A stretch of DNA of 64,000 nt, from positions 430-64,429 of the forward strand of contig VGID01000017.1 in assembly GCA_016868035.1 (NCBI GenBank), written 5' to 3'. This DNA is from Betaproteobacteria bacterium (GTDB lineage Bacteria > Pseudomonadota > Gammaproteobacteria > Burkholderiales > SG8-41). The translations under genes were made by a program, and so were the position numbers. Positions 20,000 to 28,647 of this stretch are shown in pieces. Below the pieces are notes generated by a model. The model was not told where the DNA came from. It saw nothing but the letters and a program-made list of their open reading frames with translations, and made no database searches. Every line of letters begins with the position of its first letter. The first letter of the stretch is position 1.

Positions 20000-20515
20000 A
20001 TGATGGCGGCGGCGACCGTGGCCATCGCCGTACAGCGCAATCTGTTCTCCGTGGTGATCCTGTTCGGGGTCTACAGCTTTCTGATGGCCACCGTGCTGGT
20101 CGCGCTCGATGCGGTGGACGTCGGAATGACCGAGGCGGCCGTGGGCGCCGGCATCTCGACCGTGCTCCTGCTCGGGACGCTGTACCTCGCCAGGAAGGAG
20201 GAGATGAAGCCGCTGCACCGGCCACTGCTGCCGCTTGCCGTCGCGGTGGCCACCGTCGTCGTGCTCGCCTACGGGACGCTGGGGCTGCCCGCGTTCTCCG
20301 ACCCGGGCGCTCCGATCCACGTCCATGTGGCGCCGCGCTACATCCAGGACGGCCCGCGCGAGACCGGCGTGCCCAACATCGTGACCGCCGTGCTCGCGAG
20401 CTACCGCGGCTACGACACGCTCGGCGAGGTGATGGTGGTGTTCACCGCGGGCGCGGGCATCATCGCGCTGCTGCGGCGGCGTTGGAACGGGAAACAGAAG
20501 GAGAAGGACCGGTGA
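20000..20515 (+). CDS. DUF4040 / MnhB-N-terminal-like membrane subunit (MrpA C-terminal-domain-like)
   Basis: QRNLFSVVILFGVYSFLMATVLVALDAVDVGMTEAAVGAGISTVLLL (DUF4040-like) and PNIVTAVLASYRGYDTLGEVMVVF (MnhB-like). Confidence 0.6.
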   Translation: MMAAATVAIAVQRNLFSVVILFGVYSFLMATVLVALDAVDVGMTEAAVGAGISTVLLLGTLYLARKEEMKPLHRPLLPLAVAVATVVVLAYGTLGLPAFSDPGAPIHVHVAPRYIQDGPRETGVPNIVTAVLASYRGYDTLGEVMVVFTAGAGIIALLRRRWNGKQKEKDR

Positions 20516-20946
20516 GGGACTTCCTCGTGCTGCGCGTGGTGGCGAAGATCATGATGGCCTTCATGCTGCTGTTCGCTCTCTATGTACAGTTCCACGGCGA
20601 TTTCGGACCGGGCGGCGGGTTCCAGGCGGGCGTCATCGCCGCGGCCGCGATCATCTTCTACGCGATCATCTTCGGATTGCCCGCGGCGCGGAAAGTCGTG
20701 CCCGACCGGCTGGTCGAAGCGATGGTCGCGGCCGGCGTCCTGCTCTACGCCTCGGTGGGCGTGGCGGGAATGCTGCTCGGCGGAAACTACCTCGACTACT
20801 TCGTGCTGCACGCCGACCCCGTGGAAGGCCAGCACCGCGGCATCTTCTGGATCGAGGCCGGCGTGCTGATCACCGTGGCCGGCGTGATGCTGAAGGTGTT
20901 CTATCTCTTCGCCGGCCGACCCAGCGAGGACGAGGACGGGCAGTGA
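20512..20946 (+). CDS. mrpB: Mrp/Mnh antiporter subunit B
   Basis: GTGA overlap with the upstream gene. FALYVQFHGDFGPGGGFQAGVIAAAAIIFY is the MnhB core motif. Confidence 0.7.
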   Translation: MRDFLVLRVVAKIMMAFMLLFALYVQFHGDFGPGGGFQAGVIAAAAIIFYAIIFGLPAARKVVPDRLVEAMVAAGVLLYASVGVAGMLLGGNYLDYFVLHADPVEGQHRGIFWIEAGVLITVAGVMLKVFYLFAGRPSEDEDGQ

Positions 20947-21302
20947 ACATCGCGAGCCACTACAGCTACTGGGTCACCATGTTCCTCGTGATCGGGGGCC
21001 TGTACATCGTGATCGCCCGCGGCAACCTGGTGAAGAAGCTGATCGGGGTCGCGATCTTCCAGACCTCGGTCTATCTGCTCTACATCGCGCCGGGAAAGCT
21101 GATCGGCGGCACGGCGCCCATCATCACCGAGCAGTTCCAGGTCTATTCCAACCCGTTGCCGCACGTGCTGATCCTGACCGCGATCGTCGTCGGAATCGCG
21201 ACGCTCGCGCTCGGGCTCGCGCTCGTCGTGCGCATCCGGGAAGCCTACGGCAGCATCGAGGAAGACGAGATCCTCACCCGGGACCGGGACGGCGAACGTT
21301 GA
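20943..21302 (+). CDS. mrpC: Mrp/Mnh antiporter subunit C (NuoK-like)
   Basis: 119-aa three-TM protein, GGLYIVIARGNLVKKLIGVAIFQTSVYLLYI. 4-nt overlap with mrpB. Confidence 0.75.
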   Translation: MNIASHYSYWVTMFLVIGGLYIVIARGNLVKKLIGVAIFQTSVYLLYIAPGKLIGGTAPIITEQFQVYSNPLPHVLILTAIVVGIATLALGLALVVRIREAYGSIEEDEILTRDRDGER

Positions 21303-21321
21303 CCCGGCAGCGATACCCCGC

Positions 21322-22803
21322 GTGATCACCCAACTGCCCATCCTGCAGGTCGTGATTCCGCTGATCGCGGCGCCGCTCATGGTGTTGCTGCGCCATGGCA
21401 CGGCAGCCTGGCTGCTCGCGGTCGGCGTTTCGTGGGCGAGCCTCGCCATCGCGCTCGGGCTGCTCTCGGAAGTCGCGGGCGGGGGGCTGGTGTCGTACGC
21501 GCTGGGGAGCTGGCCCCCGCCCTGGGGCATCGAGTACCGCGTGGACAGCGTGAACGCGTATCTCGCCGTGATCGTGTCGATGGTCGCGGCCGTGGTCGTG
21601 GTTTACATGCGTCGCAGCGTGGCGGAGGAGGTACCGCAGGAGCATCACTACCTGTTCTACTCGATGTACGCGCTGTGTCTCGCGGGCCTGCTCGGCATCG
21701 CGCTCACCGGCGACGGCTTCAACATGTTCGTCTTCTTCGAAATCTCCTCGCTGGCGACCTACGTGCTGATCGCGCTGGGGAGGGACCGGCGCGCCCTGAT
21801 GGCCGCCTATCAGTACCTGATCATGGGCACCATCGGTGCGACCTTCTTCGTGATCGGCGTCGGGCTCCTCTACCTGATGACCGGCACGCTCAATCTCGCC
21901 GACATGGCCGCCCGCCTCCCCGACGTCACCGACCCGCGCCCGGTGCTCGCGGCGCTCGCCTTCATCACGGTGGGCGTCTCGCTGAAGCTCGCTCTCTTCC
22001 CGCTGCACCTGTGGCTGCCCAACGCGTACGCCTACGCGCCCTCGGCGGTGACGGCGTTCCTGGCGGCCACCGCGACCAAGGTGTCGGTGTACGTGCTGCT
22101 GCGCTTCTATTTTTCCGTGTTCGGAGAGACCGCCGTGTTCCGCGCGCTGCCGACGGGGAGCATTCTCCTCGCGCTCTCGCTCGCCGCGGTGTTCGTGGCG
22201 TCCGTGGTCGCGATTTTCCAGGGAAACGTGAAGCGCATGTTCGCGTATTCGAGCGTCGCCCAGATCGGCTACATCACGCTCGGCGTGAGCTTCGATTCCG
22301 CGACCGGCCTCACCGCCGGCATCGTGCATCTTTTCAACCACGCGCTCACCAAGGGCGCGCTGTTCCTGCTGCTCGGAGGCATTGCGCTGCGCGCGGCGGC
22401 AATGCGGTTCGATGACCTGCGCGGCATGGGGCGGTTGATGCCGCTCACCTCGTTCGGCATCGTGCTGGGAGGGCTCTCGTTGATCGGCGTGCCGGGTACG
22501 GTCGGCTTCGTGAGCAAGTGGTACCTGGTGGTCGCGGCACTGGAGCAGGGCGCGTGGTGGATCGCGTTCCTCGTGGTCGCGGGCTCGCTGCTTGCGCTGG
22601 CGTACGTGTGGCGGTTCGTCGAGGCCGCCTATTTCCACGCCCCGGACCCGAAGATGGCAGCGGGCCCGGGCGAGGCGCCGCTCTCGATGCTGGTGCCCGC
22701 CTGGCTGATGATCGCCGCCTGCGTGTATTTCGGGCTCGACACGGGGCTCACGCTCGGCGGCGCGGGTGAAGCGGCGCAGGTCCTGCTCAAGGGGAAATGG
22801 TGA
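21322..22803 (+). CDS. mrpD: Mrp antiporter subunit D-like (NuoN/NuoM-like proton-conducting membrane transporter), copy 1
   Basis: 493-aa polytopic protein. FFEISSLATYVLI, LHLWLPNAYAYAPSAVTAFLAATATKVSVY and AYSSVAQIGYI are typical of the Proton_antipo_M family. Confidence 0.8.
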   Translation: MITQLPILQVVIPLIAAPLMVLLRHGTAAWLLAVGVSWASLAIALGLLSEVAGGGLVSYALGSWPPPWGIEYRVDSVNAYLAVIVSMVAAVVVVYMRRSVAEEVPQEHHYLFYSMYALCLAGLLGIALTGDGFNMFVFFEISSLATYVLIALGRDRRALMAAYQYLIMGTIGATFFVIGVGLLYLMTGTLNLADMAARLPDVTDPRPVLAALAFITVGVSLKLALFPLHLWLPNAYAYAPSAVTAFLAATATKVSVYVLLRFYFSVFGETAVFRALPTGSILLALSLAAVFVASVVAIFQGNVKRMFAYSSVAQIGYITLGVSFDSATGLTAGIVHLFNHALTKGALFLLLGGIALRAAAMRFDDLRGMGRLMPLTSFGIVLGGLSLIGVPGTVGFVSKWYLVVAALEQGAWWIAFLVVAGSLLALAYVWRFVEAAYFHAPDPKMAAGPGEAPLSMLVPAWLMIAACVYFGLDTGLTLGGAGEAAQVLLKGKW

Positions 22804-24269
22804 CGGGCGCCACCGCCATCATCCTCGCGCTCGCGGTGCCCTCGGTGGGCGCGGCGCTGATTGCGTGCGCGCACCGCGCGCCCAACCTGCGCGAGACCGT
22901 CACGCTCGTGACCGCCACGATTCTGTTTGCGGTGGTGGCCTCGATCGCCCCGGAAGTGCTCGCCGGCGCGCGCCCGCAGGCACGGCTACTCGAGGTGATG
23001 CCGGGGCTGGAGATCGCGTTCACGGTCGAGCCGCTCGGCATGCTCTTCGCGCTGGTTGCCACGAGCCTCTGGATCGTCACTTCGCTCTATTCCATCGGCT
23101 ACATGCGGGGGAACCACGAGTCGCACCAGACGCGCTACTACGCCTGTTTCGCGCTCTCGCTCGCGAGCGCGGTGGGCATCGCCTTCGCGGGCAACCTTTT
23201 CACGCTGTTCCTGTTCTACGAGGCGCTGACGCTCATCACCTATCCGCTGGTCACGCACCACGGCACGGACGAGGCGCGCCGGGCCGGACGCCTCTACATC
23301 GGCATGCTGGTCGGCACCTCGATCGTGTTCCTGCTGGTCGCGATCATCTGGACGTGGACGGTCGCGGGCACGATCGAATTCGAGGCGGGCGGCATTCTGC
23401 GCGGCAAGACCTCGAACACCACGATCGGGGGCCTGCTCGCACTCTACATTTTCGGGATCGGCAAGGCGGCGGTGATGCCGATCCACCGCTGGCTGCCGGC
23501 GGCAATGGTGGCGCCCACGCCGGTCTCCGCCCTGCTGCACGCCGTGGCGGTGGTGAAGGCGGGCGTGTTCACGGTTGTGAAGGTCGTGGTCTACGTGTTC
23601 GGGGTGGACGCGATCGCGGGGCTGAAGAGCGTGGACTGGCTGCCCTTCATCGCGGGCTTCACGATCATCGCCGCCTCGATCGTGGCCCTGCGCTCGGACA
23701 ACCTGAAGCGCCGGCTCGCGTACTCCACCATAAGCCAGCTCTCCTACGTCGTATTCGCCGCGGCGCTGCTCACTCCGCTGTCCGTGATGGGTGCCGCGCT
23801 GCACATCGCGGCCCACGCATTCGGCAAGATCACGCTGTTCTTCGCGGCCGGCTCGATCTACACCGCCGCGCACAAGACCCAGGTGAGCGAGCTCGACGGC
23901 ATCGGGCGGCGCATGCCGTGGACCATGGGCGCGTTCGCGGTCGGCTCGCTCTCCATGATCGGGCTGCCGCCTGCAGTGGGATTCGTGAGCAAGTGGTACA
24001 TACTGTCCGGCGCGATGGCGAGCGAGCAGTGGGGGGCGGTTGCCGTCCTTGTGGCGGGCACGCTGCTCAGCGCCGGCTATCTGCTTCCCATCGTCTATCG
24101 CGCGTTCTTCGTGCGGGCTGCGGCCGCAGGAGCCGCTCATGAAGCGCACGGGGAGGCGCCGCTGTCAATCGTCGTGGCGCTTTCGGTTTCGGCGCTCGCG
24201 ACGGTCGCGCTGTTCCTGTTTCCGGACACGCTGCTCGCCCTTTCGCGCCAGTTGGCGGGGACCGGGTGA
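22797..24269 (+). CDS. mrpD: Mrp antiporter subunit D-like, copy 2
   Basis: ATG 22797 overlaps the copy 1 stop. FYEALTLITYPLV, PIHRWLPAAMVAPTPVSALLHAVAVVKAGVF and AYSTISQLSYV. Confidence 0.8.
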   Translation: MVTGATAIILALAVPSVGAALIACAHRAPNLRETVTLVTATILFAVVASIAPEVLAGARPQARLLEVMPGLEIAFTVEPLGMLFALVATSLWIVTSLYSIGYMRGNHESHQTRYYACFALSLASAVGIAFAGNLFTLFLFYEALTLITYPLVTHHGTDEARRAGRLYIGMLVGTSIVFLLVAIIWTWTVAGTIEFEAGGILRGKTSNTTIGGLLALYIFGIGKAAVMPIHRWLPAAMVAPTPVSALLHAVAVVKAGVFTVVKVVVYVFGVDAIAGLKSVDWLPFIAGFTIIAASIVALRSDNLKRRLAYSTISQLSYVVFAAALLTPLSVMGAALHIAAHAFGKITLFFAAGSIYTAAHKTQVSELDGIGRRMPWTMGAFAVGSLSMIGLPPAVGFVSKWYILSGAMASEQWGAVAVLVAGTLLSAGYLLPIVYRAFFVRAAAAGAAHEAHGEAPLSIVVALSVSALATVALFLFPDTLLALSRQLAGTG

Positions 24270-24517
24270 TGCGCCGGCGAGGGCTTGCAGGCGGTGGAAC
24301 GGGCCGGCGATGGTGGATCGCTTTCGCCGCCGTTCTGGCGGCCGCCGTTGCGGCCGAAGCATGGGTCGTGCACGAAGCGCATTTCGATGTCGAGAGCGTG
24401 TTCGGTTTCAATGCCTGGTTCGCCTTGCTTGCCGCCGCCGGCGTGATCGGAATCGCCAGGCTGCTCGGCGGGCTGCTTGCGCGCCCGGACACCTACTACG
24501 AGGACCGGGATGACTAG
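24266..24517 (+). CDS. Small two-TM membrane protein of the Mrp-like operon (hypothetical)
   Basis: GTG 24266 or ATG 24269 overlaps the upstream TGA. It has two hydrophobic segments (WWIAFAAVLAAAVAAEAW, FNAWFALLAAAGVIGIARLLGGLL). Its stop TAG (24515-24517) lies in the CTAG at the MITE boundary. Confidence 0.45.
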   Translation: MMRRRGLAGGGTGRRWWIAFAAVLAAAVAAEAWVVHEAHFDVESVFGFNAWFALLAAAGVIGIARLLGGLLARPDTYYEDRDD

Positions 24518-24785
24518 AACCTATTTCATATATAGGCGCGTGATGCGTTGCGGCCAGGACGGAGCGGATGCAAGGCGCCCGACGAAGGCCATATGTCGAT
24601 ATGGTCCAGGAGGGCAACGACGCAGCCGGCCGTCCTGGCCGCAACCCGCAGGGACGGGGCGATCCGGGCGCATTTCTTCGTCGGGGACCCTCGAAATATC
24701 GACATATTCCTTCGGGCCCTCCCCCCTGAACTGCATCCCACATCGCCGCCGTCGCACACGTGCCTATGTATGAAATAGGTTCTAG
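24514..24785. mobile_element. 272-bp MITE-like non-autonomous element with ~29-bp terminal inverted repeats and CTAG at both ends
   Basis: Left end CTAGAACCTATTTCATATATAGGCGCGTG. The reverse complement of the right end is CTAGAACCTATTTCATACATAGGCACGTG (27 of 29 identical). The interior is an extended imperfect palindrome (for example CGAAGGCCATATGTCGATATGG versus CGAAATATCGACATATTCCTTCG). There is no transposase ORF. Conceptual removal restores an overlapping stop/start junction (see findings). Confidence 0.6.
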
Positions 24786-26463
24786 CCTCGCCCTCCATCC
24801 CGGCGTGTTTCTGATGGCCGGCGCAATCGTGATCGCGCTGACGCGGGGCGCAATCCGGAACGCGCTCGCCCTTCTGGCGCCGCTCGCCACGCTCTACCTC
24901 GTGTGGCAGGTTCCCGACGGGACGGCGGCGACCGTGCGGTTCCTCGACTTCGAGCTGGCGCCCCTTGCCGGCGGCAGGCTCTCGCGCCTGTTCGCCGTCG
25001 TTTTCGCGATCATGGCGGGCGGCGGAGCGCTGTATTCGCTGAAGCAGGAGCATCGGCTCGAACTCGCTGCCGCGCTGTTCTACGCGGGCGCGGCGATCGG
25101 CGTCGTATTCGCCGGGGACCTGATCACCGTCTTCGTGTTCTGGGAGCTGATGGCGATCGGCTCGACGCTCGTGATCTGGAGCGCGGGCACGCCCGCCGCC
25201 TACCGCGCCAGCCTGCGCTATCTGATGATCCACCTTCTGGGAGGCGCGTTGCTGATGGCGGGCATCGCGGGCCACGTCGCTCAAACGGGCTCGATCGCGT
25301 TCGAAGGCTTGAGCACCAACGCGCCCTCGCACTGGCTGATCCTGGCCGGATTCCTGCTCAACGCGGGGGCGCCGCCGCTGTCGGCTTGGCTGCCCGACGC
25401 TTATCCCCGCGCCTCGTGGAGCGGGATGGTGTTCCTTTCGGCGTTCACCACGAAGACCGCCGTCTATGTGCTGCTCCGCGGCTTCCCCGGCACCGAGGTC
25501 CTGGTCTACGTCGGGTTGTTCATGGCGTTCTACGGTATCGTCTATGCGCTGCTCGAAAACGACATGCGGCGCCTCCTCGCCTACTCGATCGTCAACCAGG
25601 CGGGGGTCATGGTGGCGGGCATCGGGCTCGGTACCGAGACCGCGCTGAATGGCGTGGCGGCGCACGCCTTCGCCAGCGTCCCCTACACGGCGCTGCTGCT
25701 GATGGCGGCGGGCGCCGTGCTGTACCGGACCGGCAAGCGTGAATGCGGCAGCCTCGGCGGGCTCGCCCGGAGCATGCCGGTCACCGCGCTGTGCGGGATC
25801 GTTGGCGCGCTCTCGATCTCCGCGTTTCCCTACACGTCCGGCTTCGTCAGCAAGACCATGATCTCGCAGGCCGCGGCCGACGGGCACCTGCTGTGGGTGT
25901 GGCTGCTGCTCGCCGCTGCCTCGGTCGGCGCGGTGCTCACCGCAGGCATGAAGTTCTGCTGGTTCGTGTTTTTCCACCGCGATTCGGGGCTGCGGCCGCC
26001 GGATGCGCCGCGCAGCATGCAGCTCGCGATGATCCTTTTTGCCGCGTCGTGCATCGGGGTCGGGATCTATCCCGATCCGCTGTATGCGGCGCTGCCGTAC
26101 CCCGTGCACTACCAGCCCTACACCGGTGCGCACGTCGTTGCCAAGCTGCAACTGCTGCTGTTCGCAGTACTGGTGTTCTTTCTGCTCCTGGGCTGGCTCA
26201 AGCCGGCGCGCACCATCACGCTCGATGTGGACTGGCTCTACCGGGTGTTCGGGCCCTGGCTGGCAGCCAGCGTATTGCACGGCTTGGCGCTGCTCGGCGG
26301 TCGTGGGGAGCAGAGGCTGCGGCAGGCAATGGATGCGGCGTGGAAAGGTCTGCAGCGGCATCACGGTCCCGAAGGCATCCTGGCGCGCACCTGGCCGACG
26401 GGAAGCATGGCGCTGTGGATGATGCTGTTGCTGCTCGCTTATTTGCTCTTTTACTACCTGTAA
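24760..26463 (+). CDS. Mrp antiporter subunit D/A-like (NuoL/M/N-like), copy 3; 5' end remodelled by the MITE insertion
   Basis: 567-aa polytopic protein with FWELMAIGSTLVIW, LSAWLPDAYPRASWSGMVFLSAFTTKTAVY and AYSIVNQAGVM. Candidate starts are GTG 24760 or ATG 24766 (both inside the MITE right end), GTG 24805 or ATG 24814. The true start is uncertain. Confidence 0.75.
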   Translation: MPMYEIGSSLALHPGVFLMAGAIVIALTRGAIRNALALLAPLATLYLVWQVPDGTAATVRFLDFELAPLAGGRLSRLFAVVFAIMAGGGALYSLKQEHRLELAAALFYAGAAIGVVFAGDLITVFVFWELMAIGSTLVIWSAGTPAAYRASLRYLMIHLLGGALLMAGIAGHVAQTGSIAFEGLSTNAPSHWLILAGFLLNAGAPPLSAWLPDAYPRASWSGMVFLSAFTTKTAVYVLLRGFPGTEVLVYVGLFMAFYGIVYALLENDMRRLLAYSIVNQAGVMVAGIGLGTETALNGVAAHAFASVPYTALLLMAAGAVLYRTGKRECGSLGGLARSMPVTALCGIVGALSISAFPYTSGFVSKTMISQAAADGHLLWVWLLLAAASVGAVLTAGMKFCWFVFFHRDSGLRPPDAPRSMQLAMILFAASCIGVGIYPDPLYAALPYPVHYQPYTGAHVVAKLQLLLFAVLVFFLLLGWLKPARTITLDVDWLYRVFGPWLAASVLHGLALLGGRGEQRLRQAMDAAWKGLQRHHGPEGILARTWPTGSMALWMMLLLLAYLLFYYL

Positions 26464-26727
26464 CCGGGCGCGGGGCCGGCCGCATTGCGAGCCACTTTGG
26501 TGCGCACGCATGGCACCCCTGGCACCGCCCGATTCGCGATCCGTAAGGGGGGATTAATTGTTGATTCGGCAAGGACTAGGGTATACCATTGTCAATACGT
26601 AGCAGGTCATCTCGAATCGTAAAATCCGACGGATATGCGCGAATCGCGGTGGATGTTGCTGCGCAACTTTCAGTATCATTGTCAGTTCGCTTCAGATGCA
26701 TCCCCCCACAACGCCAATGGAGGAACA

Positions 26728-27951
26728 ATGATCAAGAAACCAATCACGGCGGAGCCCGCCGACGTGAAACCGACATCTACGCGCCGCAAGTTTCTGATCG
26801 GGGCGGCGGCCGCTACCACGGTGGCGGCAATCGCGGGTTGCGCCAAGGAAGAGCCGCCCAAGCCGGTGGCGAAGGCACCCGAGCCCGCCAAGCCGGCAGC
26901 AGCGCCCGCGGTCGCCGTGAAGCCTACGGCGGTCGTGCTGAAGATGCAGGGTGCCTGGGGCGCCAAGGACATCTTCAACGAGATGGCCGAGGAGTACGTC
27001 AAGCGCGTCAACGACATGGCCGACGGGCGGTTGCGCATCGACTACCTCGTCGCGGGCGCAGTGGTGAAGCCGTTCGAGGTGATGGACGCGACCAACAAGG
27101 GCGTGATCGACGCTGCCCACAGCGTACCGGTGTACTGGTACGGCAAGAGCAAGGTGGCATCGCTTTTCGGCTCGGGACCGATCAACGGCATGGACGCGCA
27201 CCAGACGCTCGCCTGGATCTGGCGCGGCGGCGGAATTCAGCTCTACAACGAGTTGCTCCCCAAGCTGGGTCTGGACAACGTCGTAGGCTTCTTCGCGATG
27301 CCGATGCCGACGCAGCCGCTCGGCTGGTTCAAGAAGCCGATCAAGACCGCGGCCGATCTGAAGGGCCTCAAGTACCGCACCGTGGGCCTTGCCGCCGACC
27401 TCTTCCAGGAGATGGGCGCAAAGGTCACGCAGCTGCCCGGGGGCGAAATCATCCCGGCGCTCGAGCGCGGCGTGATCGACGCTTTCGAGTTCAACAACCC
27501 GACCTCCGACATGCGCTTCGGCGCGCAGGACGTGATCAAGAACTACATGATGGGCAGCTACCATCAGGCGATGGAGTTCTTCGAGATCGTCATCAACAAG
27601 AAGAAATTCCAGGCGCTGTCCAAGGACCTGCAGGCAGTCCTGCAGTACGCCGCCGAGGCCGCGAACTCGTCGAACTACTGGACCGCGATGGACAATTATT
27701 CTCGCGACCTGCAGGATCTGATCAACAAGCACAAGGTGAACGTGAGCCGCACGCCGCAGAGCATCATGGTCGAGCAGTTGAAGGCGTGGGACGGCCTCAC
27801 CAAGAAGCTCTCGGACGAGGACCCCTTCTTCAAGAAGGTGGTCGAATCGCAGCGCGCGTTTGCCAAGCGCGTTGCCTATTACGTGTGGCTGAACGAGGCG
27901 GACTACAAGCTCGGCTACGAGCACGTGTTCAAGGTCAAGATCCCGAGCTGA
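26728..27951 (+). CDS. TRAP transporter substrate-binding protein (COG4663-like) with Tat-type signal
   Basis: RBS ggagg then ATG 26728. Twin-arginine signal STRRKFLIGAAAATTVAAIAG followed by a Pro/Ala-rich linker, then VLKMQGAWGAKDIFNEMA..YWYGKSKVASLFGSGP. Confidence 0.85.
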   Translation: MIKKPITAEPADVKPTSTRRKFLIGAAAATTVAAIAGCAKEEPPKPVAKAPEPAKPAAAPAVAVKPTAVVLKMQGAWGAKDIFNEMAEEYVKRVNDMADGRLRIDYLVAGAVVKPFEVMDATNKGVIDAAHSVPVYWYGKSKVASLFGSGPINGMDAHQTLAWIWRGGGIQLYNELLPKLGLDNVVGFFAMPMPTQPLGWFKKPIKTAADLKGLKYRTVGLAADLFQEMGAKVTQLPGGEIIPALERGVIDAFEFNNPTSDMRFGAQDVIKNYMMGSYHQAMEFFEIVINKKKFQALSKDLQAVLQYAAEAANSSNYWTAMDNYSRDLQDLINKHKVNVSRTPQSIMVEQLKAWDGLTKKLSDEDPFFKKVVESQRAFAKRVAYYVWLNEADYKLGYEHVFKVKIPS

Positions 27952-27980
27952 GTGGGCCGTCAGTATTGATCGTACTGACC

Positions 27981-28012
27981 GGGGTGGCGCGGTGAGCGCC
28001 GCCCCGTTTTTT
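27981..28012 (+). terminator. Rho-independent terminator/attenuator between the TRAP binding-protein and permease genes
   Basis: GGGGTGGCGC-GGTGA-GCGCCGCCCC (10-bp stem with one G-U pair) followed by GTTTTTT. Confidence 0.6.
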
Positions 28013-28044
28013 CGTGCAGTGCGCTGGGGCGCCAGAGGGGCGAC

Positions 28045-28647
28045 ATGATCAACCGATTCATCTACGGCGTCGACCAGCTGAGCAAGTCGATCGGCCACGC
28101 CTTCGCGTGGTGCATCATGATCCTCACCATGGGCACCTGCTACGAGGTGTTCATGCGCTACGTGCTGAACGCGCCGACCTCCTGGGCGTTCGACATGAGC
28201 TACACGTGGTATGGCGCCATGTTCTTCATGGCGGGGGCATACGCTCTCTCGCGCAACGGCCACGTGCGCTGCGACATGTTCTACCGGCTGTGGCGGCCGC
28301 GCAACCAGGCGGCCGTTGAGCTCGTGCTCTACATCCTCTTTTTCTTTCCCGGCATCCTGGCGCTGGCGTACGCGGGCTGGGGCTACGGCATCGCCTCGAT
28401 GAAGATCCTCGAGGTGAGCGTGAACAGCCCGGCGGGCGTGCCGATCTGGCCGCTCAAGATGCTGATTCCGTTCGGCGCGGGGCTGCTTGCGCTGCAGGGC
28501 GTGGCCGAAGTGCTGCGCTGTCTCCAGTGCCTGCGCGACGATTCCTGGCCGCCGCGCCTGCATGACGTCGAGGAGCTGGAAAAACAGTTGATCGCGGAGC
28601 ACGCGGCGGCCGAGGCGCGGCAAGCGCAGGAAGGGGGTGCGCGATGA
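28045..28647 (+). CDS. TRAP transporter small permease subunit (DctQ-like)
   Basis: 200 aa with four TM helices. GHAFAWCIMILTMGTCYEVFMRYVLNAPTSWAFDMSY is typical of the family. Overlaps the large permease gene by 4 nt. Confidence 0.8.
   Translation: MINRFIYGVDQLSKSIGHAFAWCIMILTMGTCYEVFMRYVLNAPTSWAFDMSYTWYGAMFFMAGAYALSRNGHVRCDMFYRLWRPRNQAAVELVLYILFFFPGILALAYAGWGYGIASMKILEVSVNSPAGVPIWPLKMLIPFGAGLLALQGVAEVLRCLQCLRDDSWPPRLHDVEELEKQLIAEHAAAEARQAQEGGAR

Noticed and set aside
24477-24773. 98-aa ORF running through the MITE-like element, considered as a stand-alone gene
   Set aside because: The sequence is MITE-derived and Arg-rich with no recognisable fold. It is relevant only as a possible read-through or reinitiation frame (see the MITE finding).
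24526-26511. 661-aa minus-strand ORF opposite the third MrpD-like gene
   Set aside because: Shadow ORF with Arg/Gln/Glu/Pro-rich composition. The plus strand encodes a polytopic membrane protein with family motifs.
26511-26525. TGGCACCCCTGGCAC as a sigma-54 promoter
   Set aside because: The GG-to-GC spacing is 2 nt shorter than the TGGCAC-N5-TTGC consensus.
26692-28623. 643-aa minus-strand ORF spanning the TRAP binding-protein and small-permease genes
   Set aside because: It crosses an intergenic terminator, has low-complexity composition, and is antisense to two well-supported genes.
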